Part shown: positions 29,212 through 36,453 of the stretch, one piece after another
How positions within the stretch are numbered: the stretch's first letter is position 1
Layout of the letters: each line of letters starts with the position of its first letter
Program-made: the position numbers and the translations under genes
Source of the DNA: Armatimonadota bacterium
GTDB lineage: Bacteria > Armatimonadota > Zipacnadia > Zipacnadales > UBA5352
Length of the DNA: 64,000 nucleotides
Direction of reading: 5' to 3'
Assembly (NCBI GenBank): GCA_034722055.1
Contig: JAYENL010000038.1
Coordinates: 33,744-97,743, forward strand
The notes under the pieces: model-generated
Seen by the model: the letters and a program-made list of their open reading frames with translations, nothing else
Databases searched by the model: none
Told to the model about the DNA's origin: nothing

Positions 29212-29967
29212 TTAGCCGAAAACCGAGTACAGGAGCACGGCCGCTGCGGCCATCAGCACGGCGTAGACAACGCGCCGGAAGAGCAGTTCGTCCACGCGGT
29301 AGTGCGCCGGCGCCCCCAGCGCCAGCCCCGCGAGGGTGAAGGGCACGCACACGGCCGCGACACGCAGGATGTCGATGGTGAGGCTCCCGGCGGCCACCCA
29401 GCGGCTGATCAGAATCGTGTTCAGCACCAGCCACAGCAGGCTCATGGTCACGCGGAAGAGACTCTTATCGGGAAGCGCCCGGGCGCAGTAGACGACCATC
29501 AGCGGCCCCCCGGCCCCGAAGGCGCCGTGGATGACGCCACCCAGCGGCAGCAGCGCGGTCATGGCGCCACCCTTCCAGCCGCTGAGCCCATCCTCGCCCA
29601 CCTCCGCGGGCATGGGATGGATGAGCCCGTGGATGCTCACACCCAGTGTGAAGACCCCGAGCACGAGCTTCAGCGGCCCCTCGGGCATGGCGCTGGCCAT
29701 CCACATGCCGACGGGCAGCCCAACGACCACGAAGCCCAGGAGCTTGCCGAAGGCGGGCCAGCGGATGTGCCGCCAGGCCTCGATGACGATGAGGACCGCC
29801 AGCAGCCAGGCCTGCATCACGAGCACGGGCACGGCCATGTCCAGGCCGATGAGCAGCGTCACGAAGGGCAGGGCCAGCACCGTAGCGCCGAAGCCGGTGA
29901 TGCTGCCCTGGAAGTTGGACAGGAAGACGACCAGGAAGACCAGCCCGTATCGCGTGAACTCGCTCAC
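29212..29967 (-). CDS. TauE/SafE-family sulfite/organosulfonate exporter
   Basis: 251-aa hydrophobic protein with QGSITGFG and GGVIHGAFGAGGPLMV. Confidence 0.88.
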   Translation of the reverse strand: MSEFTRYGLVFLVVFLSNFQGSITGFGATVLALPFVTLLIGLDMAVPVLVMQAWLLAVLIVIEAWRHIRWPAFGKLLGFVVVGLPVGMWMASAMPEGPLKLVLGVFTLGVSIHGLIHPMPAEVGEDGLSGWKGGAMTALLPLGGVIHGAFGAGGPLMVVYCARALPDKSLFRVTMSLLWLVLNTILISRWVAAGSLTIDILRVAAVCVPFTLAGLALGAPAHYRVDELLFRRVVYAVLMAAAAVLLYSVFG

Positions 29968-29979
29968 ATCGGCAACCCG

Positions 29980-30480
29980 CTACCCGAGGGTCTCCATCTC
30001 ACGGTCCCGGGCCACGTCGCCGCGGGCGCAGATCTCGTCGCGGGCCTCCTCCCAGAAGTCCAGGACCTCCTGTGGGATGCCGGGCACGTCCTGGAACTGG
30101 GCGGTCAGGAAGATCTCCGCCATACGGCAGCCCATGTCCGGCGTCACCAGGCTCTCGCCCATGCACATGACGTTGGCGTCATTTATCTTGCGGGCGAACT
30201 CCGCCGCCATGGGGCCCTCGCACGGGACGGCACAGATCCCCTCGAACTTGCCGGCCGCCAGGGCCATTCCGGTGCCGGAGCCGCAGCAGAGGATGCCGCG
30301 CTCCGCCTCCCCCTGCTGCAGCACGCGCGCGGCCCGCTCGCCGATGGACGGGAACTTCACGAAGGTGGACGTGTCGTGGCAGCCGACATCGATCACCTCG
30401 TGCCCATTCTCCTCCAGCCACTCCTTGACGGCGCTCTTGAGCAGGAAGCCCTTGACGACTGAGCCGACGACGACCTTCAT
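29980..30480 (-). CDS. RpiB/LacAB-family sugar isomerase (atypical; SqwI-like by context)
   Basis: GILCCGSGTGMALAAGK and NDANVMCMG are present. The canonical DH, HN and RHxxR motifs are absent. Confidence 0.85.
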   Translation of the reverse strand: MKVVVGSVVKGFLLKSAVKEWLEENGHEVIDVGCHDTSTFVKFPSIGERAARVLQQGEAERGILCCGSGTGMALAAGKFEGICAVPCEGPMAAEFARKINDANVMCMGESLVTPDMGCRMAEIFLTAQFQDVPGIPQEVLDFWEEARDEICARGDVARDREMETLG

Positions 30481-31433
30481 TGTGCTCCGCCCTCTCCCTG
30501 TTTGCAGGCTTGCTTGATGTGCTCCACGTTCATGTTGTGCTTGTTGAGCAGGTACTGCTCGGTGGCGACCTCACCGAACTGATCGTGCACGCCCAGCCGC
30601 TTGACGGGCGTGGGCAGCCTCTCGCAGAGCACCTCGCAGACCGCGCCACCGAGGCCGCCGATCACGCTCTGGTTCTCCACGGTCACCACCCAGCCGGTCT
30701 TGCGGGCCGACTCCAGCAGGCTCTCCTCGTCGAAGGGCTTGACCGAGGCGTAGTGGAGGTGATCCGCGGCTACCCCCTCCTCGGCCAGCTCCTCGGCAGC
30801 CTGCTTTGCGAACTGCGTCGTCCAGCCGGTGCTGACGAGCGTGGCGGCGTCGCCCTCGCTCATCTGCACAGCGGTCTCGGGGTCGAAGACGTAGTCGTCG
30901 TCGAAGATCTGCGGCTGCACCGGCCGGATCATCTGCATGTAGGCCGGGTGGCCGTACTGTGCCATCCACCGCACACAGGAGGACAGCTCGTAGACGTCGC
31001 AGGGCGAGAAGACCACCATGTTGGGCATGGCCCGCATGATGGCCAGGTCCTGGAAGCACATGTGTGTGCCGCCGTTGGCCCCGGTGGTGATGCCCGGCGC
31101 AGTGCCCACGATCTTCACGTTGGCGTCGGCGTAGGCCACCGAGATGGTGACCTGGTCGTAGACGCGGCGCGTGGCGAAGCAGGTGAAGCTGGCGCAGAAG
31201 GGGATCATCCCATCCACGGCTAGCCCGGCACCGATGCCGATCATGTCCGCCTCGGCCACCCCGGCGTCGATGAACCGCTCGGGGTGAGCCTCGGAGTAAG
31301 TGGGGATGGTCCCTGAGGCCTTGCCAAGATCGGCCTCGACGACGACGATGTCGGGGTCGCTGTCCGCCAGGTCCACCAGCGTCAGAGCGTAGACCTTGCG
31401 CATCTCAAGCTCGTGCAGTGGGACATCGGTCAT
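30477..31433 (-). CDS. Split transketolase, C-terminal subunit (SqwH-like by context)
   Basis: Motifs VEADL, GVAEADM, RVYDQV, NGGTHM and VTVEN...GGLG. Confidence 0.9.
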   Translation of the reverse strand: MTDVPLHELEMRKVYALTLVDLADSDPDIVVVEADLGKASGTIPTYSEAHPERFIDAGVAEADMIGIGAGLAVDGMIPFCASFTCFATRRVYDQVTISVAYADANVKIVGTAPGITTGANGGTHMCFQDLAIMRAMPNMVVFSPCDVYELSSCVRWMAQYGHPAYMQMIRPVQPQIFDDDYVFDPETAVQMSEGDAATLVSTGWTTQFAKQAAEELAEEGVAADHLHYASVKPFDEESLLESARKTGWVVTVENQSVIGGLGGAVCEVLCERLPTPVKRLGVHDQFGEVATEQYLLNKHNMNVEHIKQACKQGEGGAQ

Positions 31434-32293
31434 GGCTGTTCGACCTCGTAGGGGAGAGTATAGTCCTGGCGTCTCAGGCCGGACATGTACCTCTGGAAGG
31501 TCTCCTCGTCCGGGATCTTGATGTTGTGGCTGTCGGGGCGGTTCTCGGCCACCGTGCAGTCGCGGGCCTTGCAGGTATGGGCGATGATCATGGTGGGCTT
31601 GCCGGAGACCTGCTGGGCGGCCGTGATGGTGTCGTAGATGTCGTCCCAGTCATGGCCGTCCATCTCCATGACCTCCCAGTTGAAGGCCCGCCACCTGTCC
31701 ACCAGGGGCTCGAGGGTGATGACCTCGTCGGTGAACCCGTCGATCTGTAGCTTGTTGTAGTCGGTGATCGCCACGAGGTTGTCGAGCTTGTTGTGGCCGG
31801 CGAACATGCCGGCCTCCCAGATCATGCCCTCGTCGCTCTCACCGTCGCCCACGATGCAGAACACCGTGTGATCCTGGTTGCGGATCCGCGCGGCCATGGC
31901 GAAGCCGCAGGCGCACGAGAGGCCCTGTCCCAGCGACCCGGCGGTCATGTCTATGCCCGGCGTCTGCAGCCGGTCCACGTGGCTGGGCAGCCGGGTGCCG
32001 TCGGCGTTGATGGTCTTCAGCTCCTCCTTGGGGAAGAAGCCCTGATAGGCGAGGGCCACGTAGAGCACGGGGCCGGCGTGGCCCTTGGAGAGCACCAGGC
32101 GGTCGCGGCCGGGCCACTTCGGGTTGTTCGGATCGTAGCTCATGATCCGCCAGTAGAGCGTGATGATGATCTCCACCAGGCTCAGCGACCCGCCCAGGTG
32201 CCCGGAGCCCGACCGGCAGATCATGTCGGTCATCACGTACCGGAACTCGCCCGCCAGGTCGTCGAACTTCTCTCTGTCGAATTCCTCTGGCAT
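31430..32293 (-). CDS. Split transketolase, N-terminal ThDP-binding subunit (SqwG-like by context)
   Basis: Motifs SGHLGGSLS, DRLVLSKGH, GSLGQGLS and the ThDP motif GDGESDEG...DYN. Confidence 0.92.
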   Translation of the reverse strand: MPEEFDREKFDDLAGEFRYVMTDMICRSGSGHLGGSLSLVEIIITLYWRIMSYDPNNPKWPGRDRLVLSKGHAGPVLYVALAYQGFFPKEELKTINADGTRLPSHVDRLQTPGIDMTAGSLGQGLSCACGFAMAARIRNQDHTVFCIVGDGESDEGMIWEAGMFAGHNKLDNLVAITDYNKLQIDGFTDEVITLEPLVDRWRAFNWEVMEMDGHDWDDIYDTITAAQQVSGKPTMIIAHTCKARDCTVAENRPDSHNIKIPDEETFQRYMSGLRRQDYTLPYEVEQP

Positions 32294-32304
32294 GTGATCT
32301 CTCC

Positions 32305-33432
32305 TCACAACATGCTGCGATAGATCTCGCGAAGCTGATCCGGCGCAACCTCCCGGGGGTTGTTGTCCATCAGGGGGTGGAAGCTGCTCTCAACGATCTC
32401 GTCGATGTCCTCCTCCTCCACGCCGATCTCGTCCAGCGTGGTGGGCAGGGGCGAGGCGGCCTTCATCCGCGCCACCTCGTCCGCGAGCTCCAGCATATCC
32501 CCGCAGCCTGCCGCCCGGGCCAGCGCCTGCCCCCGCTCACCCATGGCCGGGGCGTTGAAGCGGATGAAGTGATCCAGCGTCATGGCGCACGCGGTTCCGT
32601 GCGGGAGGTGATAGGTGGCTGAGAACGGGAACGAGCAGGCGTGCACCGCCGCGTTCTGGGGCGCCTGGAAGGCCAGCCCACCCAGCAGCGCCGCCATCGA
32701 CATGCCCTCCCGGGCCTCCATGTCCCCCGGCTCCTGAAGCGCCCCGGGCAGGTGTTCGAAGACCAGCCTGACCGCCTCCAGCGCGAAGAGGTCGCAGATG
32801 GGCTGATGGTTCTTCGACCAGTAGCCCTCCACCGCGTGCGCCAGGGCGTCGAAGCCGGTGGAGGCGGTCACCATGGGCGGCATGGAGGCGGTCACATCGG
32901 CGTCGATGAGCGCTACGGTGGGGTAGAAGTTGTCGTGCACCAGGGGGGCCTTGACGCCCTTCTCCGGGTCGCCGAGCACCGCGTTGGGCGTCACCTCGCT
33001 GCCGGTCCCGGCCGTGGTCGGCATGGCGATCAGCGGCAGGTGCCTGTCGTCGAGCGTGGCCCCCTCCGAGTGGTACTGCCGGGCCAGGCCGCCCTGCACC
33101 GCCACTGAGCAGGCCACCTTGGCGCAGTCCATTGAGCTGCCGCCGCCGGCGGCGACGACCACGTCGATCTCCTCGTCGCGGATGGTCTTCACCAGCGCAT
33201 CCACCATCCCGACCGTGGGGTTGGGCTCCACCTCCGCGAACAATGGCGCATCAGGGCCGAGTATCCCGCGGATCTCCTCCATCAGCGGCAGCTCAGCGAG
33301 CCCGCTGTCGGTCACCAGCACCGGCGATTCGCCGAGCTCCGAGACGACTCCCGGAAGCTGCCTCCGAACCCCAGGTCCGAACACGATCTCAGTCGGCTGC
33401 CAGTACCTCCAACCATCGCCCTCAAGCTGCAA
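32305..33432 (-). CDS. Iron-containing (group III) alcohol dehydrogenase (SqwF-like by context)
   Basis: TTG 33432 after GGGAGAG. Motifs PTEIVFG, GGGSSMD, PTTAGTGSE, DALAHAVE, VHACS and PHG. Confidence 0.88.
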   Translation of the reverse strand: MQLEGDGWRYWQPTEIVFGPGVRRQLPGVVSELGESPVLVTDSGLAELPLMEEIRGILGPDAPLFAEVEPNPTVGMVDALVKTIRDEEIDVVVAAGGGSSMDCAKVACSVAVQGGLARQYHSEGATLDDRHLPLIAMPTTAGTGSEVTPNAVLGDPEKGVKAPLVHDNFYPTVALIDADVTASMPPMVTASTGFDALAHAVEGYWSKNHQPICDLFALEAVRLVFEHLPGALQEPGDMEAREGMSMAALLGGLAFQAPQNAAVHACSFPFSATYHLPHGTACAMTLDHFIRFNAPAMGERGQALARAAGCGDMLELADEVARMKAASPLPTTLDEIGVEEEDIDEIVESSFHPLMDNNPREVAPDQLREIYRSML

Positions 33433-33668
33433 TGCCCGCTCTCTCCCTGTCCGACGTGATAGTGGCGGCTGGGACGGACTTCGCGCAGCCGCCGCCAATC
33501 CCCTTCTCCGGGAGGCGCCGCCTCCGGGCAGGAGACACCGCACGCGCCGGCGAAAGGACCCTGGCGACACACGCCGGCCCTTCGGTGCCGGAGGCGTCTC
33601 GCGACGATGCAGCACTCCCGGATCGGCCGGGTGCGGCCGCGGATTGTCGGTTGCGGGGGGCGCCCGCA

Positions 33669-33685
33669 ACCTGGGTAAGCCAGGT
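33669..33685. promoter_or_regulatory. Candidate operator ACCTGG-N5-CCAGGT between divergent operons
   Basis: Perfect 6-bp inverted repeat overlapping tandem GGTAAG, next to a 9-bp-stem hairpin at 33649-33671. Confidence 0.35.
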
Positions 33686-33798
33686 AAGTACTGGGGCGCG
33701 GGCGCCCGCGCCCGCGCGTTCCACCGACTCCTGGAGTTCGCACCCGACCGGCCCGCGCAAGGGTCGGCGCCGAATCTCGCCGTCAGGAGGCCACGAGC

Positions 33799-34962
33799 AT
33801 GGCAACGACACCGTTGATCCCCGATGCTGAGTTCGAGCAGCGATGGCAGACGCTGCAGGAGAAGATGGCCGAGAACGACCTGGATGTGGTCATCGCCCAC
33901 GGCCACGAGGCCGACCCGGCCAACGTCCGCTACCTCTCGGACTACTGGCCCCTGTTCGAGACCGGGGGCGTGGCCGTGGGGCGCAGCGGTGAGCCGGTGC
34001 TCCTCATCGGTCCCGAGAGCCTCACCTTCGCTGAGGATCGCAGCCGGATCCCGACCATCATGCAGGTGCTGGAGTACCGGGAGTCCGCGGAGCCGGACTA
34101 CCCCGGGATGGAGCTGGACAGCTTCGAGGACGTCTTCGCGGCCGTGGCCGGGGGCGAGGTCAGCCGCATCGGCATCGCCGGCCTGTCGGTCATGCCCATG
34201 ACCATCTACAGCGCCATCGAGGAGGCTGCAGGCGAGGCCGAGGTGGTCCGTGCCGACGACCTGCTGACGGAGATGCGCCAGATCAAGAGCGAGAGCGAGA
34301 TCGCCTGCATGCGGGAGGCCTTCCGCATCAGCGAGGAGGCCACCGAGGTGGTCCTGGAGGAGATGAAGCCGGGGATGACCGAGCAGCAGGTGGTGGGCAT
34401 CGCCCAGGGCGCCATGTACGCGGCGGGCGCCGAGTACGAGGGCCATCCCACCTACGTCCTCAGCGCGGAGGCCAGCACCCACGCCATCGGCCGCCCCAGC
34501 CCCAAAGAGCTCCGCCAGGGCGAGATGATCCAGCTCAACATCGGGGCCCTGGTCAGCGGCTACTCCTCCTCCGTCGGCCGCCCGGTGTGCTTCGGGCCCA
34601 TGCCCGACGCCATGCGAGAGCTGGTGGAGGTGGGGCTGGAGGCGCACCACAAGACCATGGAGCTGATGCGGGCGGGCATCCCCGCCAAGGAGGTCGTCAT
34701 CAAGTACGAGGAGTTCATCGAGGAGAAGGGCTACGCCGAGAACCTGCTCTACGGCCCCTGCCACGCCATAGGGCTGATGGAGGTGGAGCGGCCCTGGATG
34801 GAGAGCAGCTCGGAGTACCTCCTCGAAGAGAACATGACCTTCCAGGTGGACACCTTCCTGTATACCGAGGACTTCGGTCTGCGATGGGAGGATGGCGTGC
34901 GCGTCACCAGCGGGGGCGTGGAGATGTTGTCGGACCGCTTCCTGGAGGTCATTGAGCTCTAA
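33799..34962 (+). CDS. M24 (pita-bread fold) creatinase/prolidase-family protein with a degenerate metal site
   Basis: AGGAGG RBS. Motifs ANVRYLS, RQIKSESEI, HAIGL and GLRWED. LNIG...YSSSVGR stands in place of DxG...YxSD. Confidence 0.85.
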   Translation: MATTPLIPDAEFEQRWQTLQEKMAENDLDVVIAHGHEADPANVRYLSDYWPLFETGGVAVGRSGEPVLLIGPESLTFAEDRSRIPTIMQVLEYRESAEPDYPGMELDSFEDVFAAVAGGEVSRIGIAGLSVMPMTIYSAIEEAAGEAEVVRADDLLTEMRQIKSESEIACMREAFRISEEATEVVLEEMKPGMTEQQVVGIAQGAMYAAGAEYEGHPTYVLSAEASTHAIGRPSPKELRQGEMIQLNIGALVSGYSSSVGRPVCFGPMPDAMRELVEVGLEAHHKTMELMRAGIPAKEVVIKYEEFIEEKGYAENLLYGPCHAIGLMEVERPWMESSSEYLLEENMTFQVDTFLYTEDFGLRWEDGVRVTSGGVEMLSDRFLEVIEL

Positions 34963-35041
34963 GGCAGTCGCAAATCACACGCCGGAAGTCGCAAGCGACG
35001 TGAACGGCTAACGCGAACAGTCGCGGTCAGGACGTGTGGCC

Positions 35042-35077
35042 GTCGCCGTTAGCTGGCAACTGATGACTGATGACTGG
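35042..35077 (+). repeat. Degenerate heptamer element, copy 4
   Basis: GTCGCCGTTAGCTGGCAACTGATGACTGATGACTGG, ending in the RBS of the deacetylase. Confidence 0.55.
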
Positions 35078-35085
35078 AGACTATC

Positions 35086-35970
35086 ATGTCCGACATCACC
35101 GTCGTGCTGGGCTTTGACATGGAGACGGATGTGGGGAGCTGGTCGCCCTACTACCAGGGCATCCAGCAGGGAACCCCGCTGATCGTGGACCTGCTGGAGG
35201 CGCAGGGGGCCACCGGCACGTTCTTCTTCACCGGCGATGCCGCCCGGCAGTTCCCGGACATCGTGCGGACCGTGGATGAGGCGGGCCATGAGGTGGGCTG
35301 CCACTCGCTGTATCACGAGACCGTGGGGGACCCCATCTTCGAGATCCCGGGCGTCAAGCCGCTGCTGCCCGAGGAGGTCCCGCTGCGGCTGCGGGTGGCC
35401 ACACAGTGGGTGGCCGAGAGCCTCGGTGACTCGCCGGTGTCCTTCCGCGCTCCCCGGCTGTGGGGCAGCACGGCCATGCTCACGGCCCTCCAGGACCTGG
35501 GGTATGTGGCCGACGCATCCTACCCCCTGTACTACTACGAGGAGCGCCTGGCGCCGTATCATCCCAGCCGCGAGGACTGGACGCAGCCCGGCGAGATGCG
35601 CATCCTGGAGATCCCCAACTTCGCCGATATGACCATCGACAGCACTGACGAGTACGGGCGCGACCGCGACCAGTGGCCGCTGTTCCGCACCGAGAGCGCC
35701 GACAGGCTCATGGCGCACATCGACGCCTTCATCGGCTACGTGCGCCAGCGGGGAGAGCCCGCGGTCCTGTGCTTCTACTTCCATCCCTGGGAGTTCGTGG
35801 AGATGCCCACCAGGATGCACTACGGCGAGGGCACCGTGATCCCGGACTACTTCCTGGTAAAGAACTGCGGCGAGTACGCGCTGGAGCAGCTCGGCGTTCT
35901 GCTGACCCTGCTCGATGAGCGCGGCGCGGACTTCACGACCGCCCGCGACCTTGCCGCGAGCTGGGACTGA
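35086..35970 (+). CDS. NodB/CE4-type (polysaccharide deacetylase family) amidohydrolase, cytoplasmic
   Basis: Motifs GFDME, GTFFFTG, GHEVGCHSLYH, SFRAP and YFHPWEF. No signal peptide. Confidence 0.88.
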   Translation: MSDITVVLGFDMETDVGSWSPYYQGIQQGTPLIVDLLEAQGATGTFFFTGDAARQFPDIVRTVDEAGHEVGCHSLYHETVGDPIFEIPGVKPLLPEEVPLRLRVATQWVAESLGDSPVSFRAPRLWGSTAMLTALQDLGYVADASYPLYYYEERLAPYHPSREDWTQPGEMRILEIPNFADMTIDSTDEYGRDRDQWPLFRTESADRLMAHIDAFIGYVRQRGEPAVLCFYFHPWEFVEMPTRMHYGEGTVIPDYFLVKNCGEYALEQLGVLLTLLDERGADFTTARDLAASWD

Positions 35971-36004
35971 CCGGGCAGCGGTCCGCGAGACAGGAGGCAT
36001 TCCG

Positions 36005-36382
36005 ATGAGCGCTGGCGAGGGACATCGCGTGTGGATCTTCCCCGACGGGGACCTCCCGCCCAGGGGCCAGCCCGACCTGCCGCTGGAGGGGCACGAGTCC
36101 CTGATCGTGCTCAATACGGGCGATGAGGACGCGCAGATCGAGATCGACATCTACTTCCCTGACCGGGAGCCCGAGGAGGGGCTGAAGGGTGAGGTGCCGG
36201 CGCGCCGGGTGCGCTGCTTCCGGCTCGACCAGCCGGTGGGCGACCGGGGCTTCGAGATCCCCTTCGGGCAGTACGCCCTGCGGCTGCGCTCCAGCGTGAA
36301 CGTGGTGGCGCAGATCGGGCGCGCCGACGTCCGCCAGGAGAGGCTGGCCTACTACACCACCATAGGCTTCGGCAGCGGCTGA
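36005..36382 (+). CDS. Anabaena sensory rhodopsin transducer (ASRT/DUF1362) family protein
   Basis: AGGAGG precedes ATG 36005. Motifs WIFPDG, GHESLIVLNTGDEDA, IYFPDREP, VPARRV and VVAQIGR. Confidence 0.85.
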   Translation: MSAGEGHRVWIFPDGDLPPRGQPDLPLEGHESLIVLNTGDEDAQIEIDIYFPDREPEEGLKGEVPARRVRCFRLDQPVGDRGFEIPFGQYALRLRSSVNVVAQIGRADVRQERLAYYTTIGFGSG

Positions 36383-36453
36383 TGCCGTTGTCGGCCCATC
36401 GAGCCTACCGCCGCTGGCTCCCGACTCGGGGACCGCATCTGGAGGATCACCAT

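Noticed and set aside
29202..29216. TGGCACGGCTTAGC as a sigma54 promoter
   Set aside because: GG-GC spacing is off by one and it points antisense to the local genes.
32305..34764. 819-aa ORF suggesting a long Fe-ADH fusion
   Set aside because: The N-terminal 444 codons are the antisense shadow of the M24 gene plus the spacer. ADH motifs begin right after TTG 33432, which has an RBS.
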